Shown here: in pieces, positions 54,866 to 63,375 of the stretch
Numbering within the stretch: position 1 is the stretch's first letter
Layout: each line of letters begins with the position of its first letter
NCBI GenBank assembly: GCA_902492065.1
Contig: CABUKE010000003.1
Location: 1,942-65,941 of the forward strand
DNA from: an uncultured Eubacteriales bacterium
Lineage (GTDB): Bacteria > Bacillota > Clostridia > UBA1381 > UMGS1253
Length of the DNA stretch: 64,000 nucleotides
Direction of reading: 5' to 3'
Notes under the pieces: model-generated
Told to the model about the DNA's origin: nothing
Database searches by the model: none
What the model saw: the letters and a program-made list of their open reading frames with translations, nothing else
Program-made: the position numbers and the translations under genes

Positions 54866-55717
54866 TCAATTTCTATCAATTGTCTTGTCGTCACAAAACT
54901 TCGATATTTCTGCATAAACAATATCCAAATCCAAATTCGCAAGCAGCTCAAGTCCGTACTGCTCTGCCAACGACGCGGCAACCTCCGCCCCCAGATAATA
55001 CCCGACGTCGGCCTGCCCCAAAAACGTATTCCAATCCCCAAAAAACGGCGCTACGCTTTCACCTGTGTCGACCCGCCGCCTATATTCGGCAAAAAGCATG
55101 GCCCGGTTACGCCTGCACCAATCCAGCCAGCCGTTGGTATCTTGGTGAAAGAAGTCAAAATCACCGACAAGCAATTGCTCGCAGTACATTGCAACGCCTT
55201 CCGCATAAAGCTGCCACAACGCTTTGTCCCGCAGCGTTTTTGCCTCCTTTTTTCCATGGCGCTGCTGCATATGCCAAGTATGTCCCAATTCGTGATAGAT
55301 CAGTCCAGCCATAGCGCGTTCCGTATGCCATCCAAGCTCCACGATTTTTTCAAGCCCAAGCAGCACAGCCGGTCTGCCGTGTAAATCCGTGGCCCATCCC
55401 GCGCCGTTGCACAGGCCGAGATATAAAAGGAGCGTAACATCCAGCTCCGTATGCAAGACCTTGTAGATTCGTTTTTGCAGCTTATGCGTCACTGAAAGAA
55501 AAGAGGTATGCGCCTGCTCACGAATTTCCATGCATTGGAAAAAGCGTTCCAAAACAGGCAGAACATCACGTTCATAGTCATACCCGGCTGCATCCCGCTC
55601 CACTTTTTCTGCAAGTCCCGGTGCTATACCGTCCGCATAACGCCTCCAGACATGCAAATCAAAATGCTCCTGTGAAAAGACTGCACATGCCGCGCAATAT
55701 GTATCAATGATTTTCAT
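54866..55717 (-). CDS. Putative zinc metalloprotease-like protein (HExxH; DUF2268-like)
   Basis: About 283 aa counted from ATG 55717 (the track begins at GTG 55732). Contains IYHELGHTWH. The family guess rests on size and motif context only. Confidence 0.5.
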   Translation of the reverse strand: MKIIDTYCAACAVFSQEHFDLHVWRRYADGIAPGLAEKVERDAAGYDYERDVLPVLERFFQCMEIREQAHTSFLSVTHKLQKRIYKVLHTELDVTLLLYLGLCNGAGWATDLHGRPAVLLGLEKIVELGWHTERAMAGLIYHELGHTWHMQQRHGKKEAKTLRDKALWQLYAEGVAMYCEQLLVGDFDFFHQDTNGWLDWCRRNRAMLFAEYRRRVDTGESVAPFFGDWNTFLGQADVGYYLGAEVAASLAEQYGLELLANLDLDIVYAEISKFCDDKTIDRN

Positions 55718-55762
55718 GCCCACAAGACTCACCGCTAACTTTTATTATATAATCCGCCGTCT

Positions 55763-55791
55763 ATTATACCAAACTTTTTTTAAGATTTCTA
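55763..55791 (-). promoter_or_regulatory. Candidate extended -10 promoter for the seven-gene minus-strand operon
   Basis: Minus strand TGgTATAAT (the -10 at 55768-55763) with a weak -35 (tagaaa) 17 nt upstream. Confidence 0.45.
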
Positions 55792-55884
55792 TAAAACTTA
55801 ACTTTTTCTTTACAAAATTGAACTTTCAGCCATATTCATAACTTTTATTCTAAGGCAAAACTGTTTTTGACTGTTTCCTGTGCC

Positions 55885-55913
55885 TTGACAAACGTTTTGC
55901 TGCGGCTTATAAT
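55885..55913 (+). promoter_or_regulatory. Sigma-A promoter for the ttcA-like gene
   Basis: TTGACA-17 nt-TATAAT, both consensus hexamers. Confidence 0.7.
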
Positions 55914-55953
55914 TTTTTATGATATGCAGAATACAGGAAAGGTATCAGTTTTT

Positions 55954-56775
55954 ATGGAACGAGCACAGCAAATCGAACAAAGCATTATAAAACGCTTTCG
56001 CAGGCCGATTTGGAGCAGGTTTACAAAGGCGCTTAAGGAGTACCGTCTCATCAACGAGGGCGACCGCGTTGCGGTCTGTATCTCCGGCGGGAAGGACTCT
56101 ATGCTCCTGGCAAAGTGTATCCAGCAGCTTCAGCGTTACAGCGATGTCCCCTTTTCGGCCGAATATATCGTCATGGATCCGGGCTACAATCCTGCCAACC
56201 GGCAAAAAATCGAGGAAAACGCCGCCCTGCTCGGCCTTCCGGTACAAATTTTTGAGTCTGACATCTTTGAGGTCGTAACCGCCGCCGGGCAGTCGCCCTG
56301 TTACTTATGCGCGCGGATGCGGCGCGGCTATTTGTACAGTCAGGCGCAAAAGCTTGGCTGCAACAAAATTGCGCTGGGGCACCACTTTGACGACGTAATC
56401 GAAACGATTTTGATGAGCATTCTCTACGGCGGCGAAATCCGGAGCATGATGCCGAAGCTGCACAGCACAAACTTTGCAGGCATGCAGCTTATCCGTCCGC
56501 TCTACTATGTAAAGGAAAAGGACATTACAGCTTGGGCGGCGTATAATAACCTGGAGTTTATCCGGTGCGCCTGCCGGTTTACCGAGCATGTGGCCTCCGG
56601 TGTTGCGGAGTCGAAGCGGTTTGAAGTGAAGAAACTGATTGAAGAAATGAAAAAGACAAATGAAAATGTGGAATACAATTTGTTTAAAAGCGTATACAAT
56701 GTCAATCTTGACACGATGATTGGGTACAAATCAAATGGGAAACGCCATCACTTTATGGATGACTATATCGACTGA
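55954..56775 (+). CDS. ttcA: PP-loop ATPase of the TtcA family (tRNA 2-thiocytidine synthase-like)
   Basis: About 273 aa counted from ATG 55954. PP-loop motif CISGGKDS plus Cys motifs CYLCARMRRG and CAC. Confidence 0.75.
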   Translation: MERAQQIEQSIIKRFRRPIWSRFTKALKEYRLINEGDRVAVCISGGKDSMLLAKCIQQLQRYSDVPFSAEYIVMDPGYNPANRQKIEENAALLGLPVQIFESDIFEVVTAAGQSPCYLCARMRRGYLYSQAQKLGCNKIALGHHFDDVIETILMSILYGGEIRSMMPKLHSTNFAGMQLIRPLYYVKEKDITAWAAYNNLEFIRCACRFTEHVASGVAESKRFEVKKLIEEMKKTNENVEYNLFKSVYNVNLDTMIGYKSNGKRHHFMDDYID

Positions 56776-56790
56776 CTGGAGGCGGCTTGT

Positions 56791-57810
56791 ATGAAAAGTA
56801 TCTTGCTGATTGAAAAAAAGGGCGACGACGCGGTTCGTCCTGTTTCCCAAATATATACGCCCGACATTCTCGCCCGGCTTCGGGATGAGGCGGGCCTGAT
56901 AAGCGAAACGTATATTAACCGCAGTAATTTGTCAGCCCATCTTTCTGACGCGCGGGAGGCGGAAGCGGCCTTCTCCACCTGGAACATGCCTGTATTTACG
57001 AAAGAGGAAATTGCAGCTTACTTTCCGAACCTGCGGGCCGTATTTTACAGCGCAGGCAGCGTAAAGTCCTTTGCGCGGCCATTTTTGGAGCGTGGCGTGC
57101 GCGTATTTTCCGCCTATGCGGCCAACGCAGTCCCGGTGGCGGAATTCTGCGCGGCTCAGATTGTGCTGGCCAACAAAGGCTTTTTTCAGTGCTGCAAGCC
57201 GTCATGCAGGGCGGATTACGCATTAGCCGCCGCCCGCTTTTCCCATTGCCCGGGCAATTACGGTGCAAGGGTCGGTCTGCTCGGCGCTGGAGCAATCGGC
57301 CGGCTCGTCATCCAATATCTTGCCCCATACCGGCTCGAGCTGGTTGTATACGATCCATTTTTGTCAGATGAGAAGGCCAACGCACTGGGCGTAACGAAGG
57401 CGTCGCTCGAAACAGTTTTCCAGTCCTGCAATGTTGTGTCAAACCATCTTGCCGACGTGCCGAAAACAAGAGGGATCATAAACGGCGACCTGCTTGCACG
57501 GATGCCGTCTTATTCCACCTTTCTCAATACCGGGCGCGGCGCACAGGTAGATGAAGACGCTCTAATTCAAAAATTGCAAGACGACCCGACCTTCACCGCA
57601 CTGCTCGACGTGACAGCCCCGGAACCGCCGGAGGACAGCAGTCCGCTCTACCGTCTGCCAAACGCATACCTGACGCCGCACATGGCGGGAAGCTCCGGCG
57701 GCGAGCTGGTACGTATGGCAGAGTATATGCTCGACGAATTCCACCGATTTCAGCGCGGTGAGCCGACAAAGTATGAAATCACGTTGGAAATGTTAGAAAA
57801 AATGGCATAA
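56791..57810 (+). CDS. D-isomer-specific 2-hydroxyacid dehydrogenase family protein
   Basis: 339 aa. NAD-binding motif GLLGAGAIGRLV and a catalytic-region style (NTGRGAQVDEDAL...TPHMAGS). Confidence 0.8.
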   Translation: MKSILLIEKKGDDAVRPVSQIYTPDILARLRDEAGLISETYINRSNLSAHLSDAREAEAAFSTWNMPVFTKEEIAAYFPNLRAVFYSAGSVKSFARPFLERGVRVFSAYAANAVPVAEFCAAQIVLANKGFFQCCKPSCRADYALAAARFSHCPGNYGARVGLLGAGAIGRLVIQYLAPYRLELVVYDPFLSDEKANALGVTKASLETVFQSCNVVSNHLADVPKTRGIINGDLLARMPSYSTFLNTGRGAQVDEDALIQKLQDDPTFTALLDVTAPEPPEDSSPLYRLPNAYLTPHMAGSSGGELVRMAEYMLDEFHRFQRGEPTKYEITLEMLEKMA

Positions 57811-57839
57811 ATCCATTGAAACAGAAAGGCGGTTATCCT

Positions 57840-58592
57840 ATGGAAAAGCAAGCCGGTGTGGCCTCGGTCACATTTCGTAAACGTACCCCGCATGAAATTA
57901 TCGAGCTTGCAAAACAGGCGGGACTTGACGGCATCGAGTGGGGCGGTGATGTGCATGTGCCCTGCGGCGCGTACGGTGCAGCAGAAACAGTTGCGCACAT
58001 GACACAGGAGGCAGGGCTGTCCGTCCTCAGCTACGGCAGCTACTTCCGGCTTGGCCTGCAACGTGCAGAAGAGTTGGAAATGTATCTGAAAACGGCGAAG
58101 GCGCTCGGCGCGCCCATTATGCGCATTTGGGGCGGGACCCACTCCAGCTTTATGTACAGCAGGGAGGAGACAGCCCTGCTGCTCGCACAGGCAAAGCAGG
58201 CGGCAGCACTTGCAGAAAAGTATGGCATTGTGCTGGGACTGGAGTGCCACGACTCCACCATCACGGACGACTTTGCCTTTGCACGCAGCTTTCTCGAAAG
58301 CGTGGACAGTCCGTTTTTTAAGACATATTGGCAGCCGAACCGCTTTCGGGACTTTTCCTATAATCTGGAAGCGTTAAAAGCGCTTGCACCATATGTCGTG
58401 ACTGTTCACACTCAGCGCTGGGAAGGCGACGTGCGTCTTTCCCTGCATGGTTACATGGACGAGTGGCGCACATATTGCGGCGTTTTGGAACAGACAGGGG
58501 CCGCACACCGCTTTATTTTGGAATTTTTGCCGGAGGAAAGCGGCATTTGCCTCAAGTCGGAGGCGGAAGCCCTGCACGCACTTTTGAAATAA
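57840..58592 (+). CDS. Sugar phosphate isomerase/epimerase (xylose isomerase-like TIM barrel) family protein
   Basis: About 250 aa counted from ATG 57840. Pattern AKQAGLDGIEW...LGAPIMRIW...GLECH is typical of this family. Confidence 0.72.
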   Translation: MEKQAGVASVTFRKRTPHEIIELAKQAGLDGIEWGGDVHVPCGAYGAAETVAHMTQEAGLSVLSYGSYFRLGLQRAEELEMYLKTAKALGAPIMRIWGGTHSSFMYSREETALLLAQAKQAAALAEKYGIVLGLECHDSTITDDFAFARSFLESVDSPFFKTYWQPNRFRDFSYNLEALKALAPYVVTVHTQRWEGDVRLSLHGYMDEWRTYCGVLEQTGAAHRFILEFLPEESGICLKSEAEALHALLK

Positions 58593-58642
58593 TTTGCATA
58601 AAAACATGCAAACCTTCGCATATTAGCAGCGAGGTGATAAAG

Positions 58643-58819
58643 ATGCAGAAAAAATATAAAGGATTGACCGAGCTGATTAATGCAGAGGAAGCGGCAAATA
58701 AATACTACCAGTCACTTCCGAATTATGTCAAGGAGCAGATTGATACGCGTGCAGACAGCGTAAACTCCTTTGCAAGCCTAAAGGACTACGCCGAGAATCT
58801 GACACGCGGGGACAATTAA
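58643..58819 (+). CDS. Small hypothetical protein (58 aa)
   Basis: ATG at 58643 with the RBS gaggtga 5 nt upstream. A strong terminator follows. No motif recognised. Confidence 0.5.
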   Translation: MQKKYKGLTELINAEEAANKYYQSLPNYVKEQIDTRADSVNSFASLKDYAENLTRGDN

Positions 58820-58831
58820 ACACGCGACTCC

Positions 58832-58866
58832 AAAGCTGTACGCAGATTTGCGTACAGCTTTTCTTT
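58832..58866 (+). terminator. Rho-independent terminator
   Basis: 13-bp stem aaagctgtacgca/tgcgtacagcttt with loop gatt and a T-rich tail. Confidence 0.85.
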
Positions 58867-58935
58867 ACTCTTTTGTGGATTTTTCCGTACGCTTGTGATA
58901 TACTGATACAAACATAAACTTGGGAGGGACTATCC

Positions 58936-59898
58936 ATGATTTTTAAAACCATACACGATATCAAGGTTTCATCCATTGTGCTCGGCACGGACACGTTCGG
59001 CACAGATACAAGCGAGGCAGAGTCGTTTGCTCTGCTCGACAACTTTTTAGAGCTTGGCGGCACAACGGTTGACACGGCGCGCGTCTATGGCTGCCACTAC
59101 GGCGGCGGCGACGGCATCAGTGAGCTTACGGTCGGCAAGTGGCTCGCCTCACGCAAATGCCGCGACCGCGTTGTTATTTCGACCAAATGCGCGCATCCGC
59201 CGCTCGACTCCATGACGACCGGACGGCTTTCCCGCGAAGAAATCGAGAGCGATATCGACGCGAGCCTGCGCGCACTCGGAGTCGACTATATCGACATTTT
59301 ATGGCTCCACCGTGACGACACAAGCCGGAGCGTGGAAGAAATCGTTGATACGCTGAACCTCATGGTACAGAAAGGGAAAATCCGCTGTTTCGGGGGCTCA
59401 AACTGGAAGGCGGAGCGCTTCGCCCCGGCAAACGCCTACGCACAGCGCATGGACAAGGATGGCTTTGCTGCAAGCCAGCTCAAGTGGTCCGCCGCGAAGA
59501 GTGCGCCCGGCTTTTGCGACGACCCCACGCTTGTTGAGATGGACAAAACCGAATATGAATACTATGCAAAGGCAAAAATGCCGGTGTTTGCTTTCGCGTC
59601 CCAGGCAAAGGGCTTTTTCCAAAAGTATGCACGCGGCGGCGAGGACGCGCTCTCGCCAAAGGCGAAAAAACGCTATCTCTGCCCAGAAAACCTTGCCATG
59701 TATGAAAAGCTGAATGCGCTGAGCCGCGAATATGGCATTTCGCTCAGCGCAGCAGTCGTATCCGTTCTGACGTCGAACACGGACTTCGACACGGCAGCAA
59801 TCGTCGGGTGCAAGACGCTCGAGCAGCTCCGCGATACGATGACGGGCTCGGATGTTGTGCTCCCTTATGATGAAATTAAGCAGTTGCTGAATGTGTAA
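58936..59898 (+). CDS. Aldo/keto reductase
   Basis: 320 aa. AKR-style sequence (LGTDTFG..., DTARVYG, IDILWLHRDD, GGSNW). Confidence 0.88.
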   Translation: MIFKTIHDIKVSSIVLGTDTFGTDTSEAESFALLDNFLELGGTTVDTARVYGCHYGGGDGISELTVGKWLASRKCRDRVVISTKCAHPPLDSMTTGRLSREEIESDIDASLRALGVDYIDILWLHRDDTSRSVEEIVDTLNLMVQKGKIRCFGGSNWKAERFAPANAYAQRMDKDGFAASQLKWSAAKSAPGFCDDPTLVEMDKTEYEYYAKAKMPVFAFASQAKGFFQKYARGGEDALSPKAKKRYLCPENLAMYEKLNALSREYGISLSAAVVSVLTSNTDFDTAAIVGCKTLEQLRDTMTGSDVVLPYDEIKQLLNV

Positions 59899-59909
59899 GT
59901 CAATAATAT

Positions 59910-59946
59910 GGCCTGCGGCAGTAGATAGCCGCAGGCCCGTTTTATT
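59910..59946. terminator. Terminator hairpin between convergent genes
   Basis: Stem ggcctgcggc/gccgcaggcc with an 8-nt loop, followed by cgttttatt. Confidence 0.75.
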
Positions 59947-60418
59947 CCCGCTCTATTCTAAGTTCAAAATGCTCCGGCAAATGATAGATTTCCCGCTTAA
60001 TAAAGATTGGATACAGATATTCGTCTTTCAGCCGGTCAAATGCAATCCATTCAAACAAATGCTGGTGGCGCTTTTCCACACCTTGAAACGAATTTCCCCG
60101 TTTTAGCAGGTCTGTCTTTGTAATATCCATCAAAAAGTACAGGCACAGCTCATGATAGTTTTCGCCGCTGACATCCTCTGTAAAAAAGCTTTGATTGAGC
60201 CACAGAGGACGGGCGATTTCCGCGCTGACGCCAAGCTCCTCCCGTACTTCGCGCACCACCGCCTCCTGCGCTGTTTCATGAAGGCTCACCCTTCCGCCCG
60301 GCAGATAATAATACGGGGAACGTTCATCCCGCATTGCCAGTATCTTTTCATTGTGCAGCATAACCGCACAAACGCGGTAATTGAAGCGCCCCTGTTCCGT
60401 TTTGAATGTGATGTCCAA
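59942..60418 (-). CDS. NUDIX hydrolase
   Basis: 158 aa with the Nudix box GGRVSLHETAQEAVVREVREELGV. Confidence 0.88.
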   Translation of the reverse strand: MDITFKTEQGRFNYRVCAVMLHNEKILAMRDERSPYYYLPGGRVSLHETAQEAVVREVREELGVSAEIARPLWLNQSFFTEDVSGENYHELCLYFLMDITKTDLLKRGNSFQGVEKRHQHLFEWIAFDRLKDEYLYPIFIKREIYHLPEHFELRIERE

Positions 60419-60447
60419 AATGCCACATTCTTTCCGCCTGCCGCCCT

Positions 60448-61413
60448 TTACGCCCTGCCTGCATAGGCGAGCTCCATCATCTCCGTCAGTTCCAATCCTT
60501 CCTTTAATCCAAAAGCAATCTCTCCGCCATGCAGAATTGCATCAACCCATTGGTCCACCGGGTGCGGCAACGGAGCTGGAAGCTCTGCCGTAACCCACTT
60601 GCCGCCGGTCTTTTCGCTGTTATAGCGCACCGTTTCCCCCGCGTCGGTCACGAGCAGGCTGCCCGCAGTCCCGTTGATTTCCATTTTAAACACATCGCCC
60701 GTATAGACGAAGCCGGTTTCCGCCACACCGATTGCGCCGCCGTCAAATTGCAGCGCCGTGACTGCATTATCCTCCACTTCCCGCCCGGTCACATTCGTAA
60801 AAATGCTGACCGCTTTCTGCGGTGCGCCGAGCAGCCAACGCAGGATATACATGCTATGCGTTCCCAAATCAATCATCGCACCGCCGCCGCACTCCTGCGC
60901 ATTATAAAACCGTTCCGGCAGCCACTGTGCAACCGCGCCGTTATGCGCATTGTGGACGCGCGCGTAGACAATCCTGCCCAGCTCTCCGCTGTCCGCAATC
61001 TGCTTTGCTGCCAGAACACCCGGCTTACACCGCCACGGAAAACAGATTGAAAATTTTACGCCATTCTTCTGTACACTGTCCATGATTTCATGGCATCCTG
61101 CACTCGTCAGCGCCATAACTTTTTCTGTAAAAATGTGTTTTTTTGCTTTTGCCGCCTTCTTCATCAGCTCCGGGTGCTGGCAGGTCGCAGACGTGACGAT
61201 CACGCCGTCGAGCGTATCCTCTGCCAGCAGAGCGTCGTAGTCGGCACAATACCGGCACGAAAATTCCTGTGCAAATGCTTCGCCGCGCGCCCGGTCGTCG
61301 TCCCAAACCCACGCAAGCGTGCAGTCGCTCCGTGCCTGAATCACCTTTGCATAGTCCGGTGCATGGACGTGCCACGCCCCAATGACCGCTATCTGCAATT
61401 TTCCATCCTTCAT
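60448..61413 (-). CDS. Gfo/Idh/MocA family oxidoreductase
   Basis: 321 aa with an N-terminal Rossmann region (LQIAVIGAWHVHAPDYAKV) and family-typical size. Confidence 0.85.
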   Translation of the reverse strand: MKDGKLQIAVIGAWHVHAPDYAKVIQARSDCTLAWVWDDDRARGEAFAQEFSCRYCADYDALLAEDTLDGVIVTSATCQHPELMKKAAKAKKHIFTEKVMALTSAGCHEIMDSVQKNGVKFSICFPWRCKPGVLAAKQIADSGELGRIVYARVHNAHNGAVAQWLPERFYNAQECGGGAMIDLGTHSMYILRWLLGAPQKAVSIFTNVTGREVEDNAVTALQFDGGAIGVAETGFVYTGDVFKMEINGTAGSLLVTDAGETVRYNSEKTGGKWVTAELPAPLPHPVDQWVDAILHGGEIAFGLKEGLELTEMMELAYAGRA

Positions 61414-61469
61414 ACCCCATTCCTCCTTTTACTAACAGTATATCGGTTCCACTCCAATTTTGCAAGCGT

Positions 61470-62006
61470 TTATTCGTCGATATGCCGTTCAATCTGTCGA
61501 GTCGCCCACCACAAGTAACCGGCAATCAAACCGAGCAATACGATGTTGAATCCTAACGATATACAATCCCCTGTTTCTCCCCACCATGCCGCGACTCCAA
61601 TTCCGACTGCCGCAGCGGTTATCGCGAGCAAAAGGAAACAAAAGCAAATCTGGAGTACGGTTTTTACCCGTTTATTGCGCTGTATCCTGCTTTCCCGGTC
61701 GGAGAACGCCTCCGGCCGTGTGCCGCTGTACTCTTTGCGCCAGATATAGCAGCTCGACATATGGCCAATACATTCCCACCCAAACTGCGTATACGTGTCA
61801 AAGTAGTCCTTTGTCGGAAACGCATTGAGGTCAAATACATAGCAGTATTGTTTTGGTTCCGTTTTGGTAAATACCATATAAGCGGAGCTTGTCTGCCCTA
61901 CCTTATCAATGTTCCAGCCCTCGGCTGCAAGCGATTCCAGCCACAGCTCATAATCTGCCGGGGCAACGTGGCGCAGCGCAGAAAACCAAACCGTCTTTTT
62001 CTCCAT
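61470..62006 (-). CDS. DUF2812 domain membrane protein
   Basis: 178 aa. N-terminal DYELWLESLAAEGWNIDKV is DUF2812 in style, and there are two C-terminal TM helices. It directly abuts the PadR gene. Confidence 0.72.
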   Translation of the reverse strand: MEKKTVWFSALRHVAPADYELWLESLAAEGWNIDKVGQTSSAYMVFTKTEPKQYCYVFDLNAFPTKDYFDTYTQFGWECIGHMSSCYIWRKEYSGTRPEAFSDRESRIQRNKRVKTVLQICFCFLLLAITAAAVGIGVAAWWGETGDCISLGFNIVLLGLIAGYLWWATRQIERHIDE

Positions 62007-62324
62007 CTAAATCAACTCCTTTGCTATTTGATACAGCTTACAGATCCGTTCCGCCTCTTCCTGTAAAATGATACGCCCCATTGGGGTAATCAGATATTCT
62101 TTTTTCCTCTCATACTCGCGTACAACGGCAATCAGGCCCTCTTTCTCCAGCTTGGACAAGCTCTGATAGATCGTGCCCGCCCCTAACACAAGCCGCCCGT
62201 CTGTGAGCCGCTCCACATGCTGCATAATACCATAACCGTGCCGCACCTGCGTCAAAGAAAATAAAATGTAAAACATCGTTTCACTCATGGGAATGAAGCG
62301 TTTTCTTGCATGTTCCAGCCGCAT
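62007..62324 (-). CDS. PadR family transcriptional regulator
   Basis: 105 aa. Winged HTH in PadR style (FYILFSLTQVRHGYGIMQHVERLTDGRLVLGAGTIYQSLSKLEKEGLI). Confidence 0.9.
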   Translation of the reverse strand: MRLEHARKRFIPMSETMFYILFSLTQVRHGYGIMQHVERLTDGRLVLGAGTIYQSLSKLEKEGLIAVVREYERKKEYLITPMGRIILQEEAERICKLYQIAKELI

Positions 62325-62353
62325 GGTATCCCTCCTCTATCACGACATAATAT

Positions 62354-62398
62354 ATCATACTGTGATACAATTGTACATCACGCTGTGATATATGTCAA
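62354..62398 (-). promoter_or_regulatory. Sigma-A promoter with two 13-bp palindromic boxes (probable PadR operators)
   Basis: Minus strand TTGACA-17 nt-TACAAT. The box ATCACagcGTGAT (62389-62377) lies in the spacer. A second box, ATCACagtATGAT (62366-62354), lies just downstream of the -10. Confidence 0.55.
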
Positions 62399-62428
62399 GA
62401 AAAAAATAAGCCCCGATTTCCGAGGCTA
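62399..62428 (-). terminator. Rho-independent terminator after the SnoaL-like gene
   Basis: Minus strand agcctcg-gaaat-cggggct (one G-U pair), followed by a T-rich tail (TATTTTTTT). Confidence 0.7.
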
Positions 62429-62440
62429 TTTTTATCTGTT

Positions 62441-62833
62441 TCACGAATCTTCAGACAGCACATCTGTTCCATAGGAATTATCCACTGCGCAGAGCCACTT
62501 TCCCGCCCGCTTTGTAAAGACATAGGTTGCCCGCCGGTCCATAGAGTATACCTTCTCCTCCCGGTCAGCCCCCAAAAGCGTCTGCGACAGCACAAGCGCC
62601 GTATCGCCCGCGTCCAGGATTACCATATTTCCCTGCGAGGGAACCAGACTGTTGTCAAAGTACTTTGCAATTTTTATAAATGCTTCCCGGATTTGCTGTT
62701 TCCCTTTTGCAATCATACCCGGTTTTACAACGAGCACTGCGTCGTCAGTATAGTAGTCCATAAGCGTGTCAAAATCCTCCTGCCGGATTGCCGCGTCACA
62801 GGCTCGAATAATTCTTTTAAGCTCTTCTTCCAT
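62441..62833 (-). CDS. SnoaL-like / NTF2 superfamily protein (DUF4440-like)
   Basis: 130 aa. The N-terminal pattern [20 protein letters not shown] is typical of SgcJ/EcaC/DUF4440-type NTF2 folds. Confidence 0.68.
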   Translation of the reverse strand: MEEELKRIIRACDAAIRQEDFDTLMDYYTDDAVLVVKPGMIAKGKQQIREAFIKIAKYFDNSLVPSQGNMVILDAGDTALVLSQTLLGADREEKVYSMDRRATYVFTKRAGKWLCAVDNSYGTDVLSEDS

Positions 62834-62865
62834 TCATAATTCCTCCTTTGAAAAAGGGGCAGGAA

Positions 62866-63336
62866 TTATTCCTGCCCGCATTCAAACTCTTTTGCAAGTA
62901 CATCTGCCGCTGTATCGGCATTTCCTTCATCCACAACGAGAGAGATTTCGTTCTCGCTCGTTGTAATCAGACGGATTTCAATTTCCGCCGCGCCGAGACA
63001 GGCAAACGCCCGCGCGCCGACACCGACCGTTTCCACCATATGTCCGCCAAGCACAAGCTTTGCGTTACCGCTGTTGACATGGACTGCCGCGCCCGGGAAA
63101 ATCTTTTGTATTTTCCGCGTAACGCCCATCAGCTTTGTCACCTCGTCGCCCTCTACGCTGAACGACACGCCAATCTCGCTCGCCGCCGGGAGCAAGCTCG
63201 AAATCATATCGACATTGATTCCGTCGTCGGCCAGAACACCGAATACCTTGGCCATGGTACCCGCCACATTCGGCAGTTGGTCAATCGTCACAACGACAAC
63301 ATTATCCCGCATCGTTACACTTGTTACAGGTTTCAT
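62866..63336 (-). CDS. ACT domain protein (aspartate kinase regulatory-subunit-like, two ACT repeats)
   Basis: 156 aa. Two ACT-like repeats (PNVAGTMAKVFGVLADDGINVDMIS; VGVGARAFACLGAAEIEIRLITTSENEISLVV). It lies downstream of dapB. Confidence 0.72.
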   Translation of the reverse strand: MKPVTSVTMRDNVVVVTIDQLPNVAGTMAKVFGVLADDGINVDMISSLLPAASEIGVSFSVEGDEVTKLMGVTRKIQKIFPGAAVHVNSGNAKLVLGGHMVETVGVGARAFACLGAAEIEIRLITTSENEISLVVDEGNADTAADVLAKEFECGQE

Positions 63337-63375
63337 ACCACTGTTACCGCCTTTCTGTTTGTCCTGCTATTTTCG

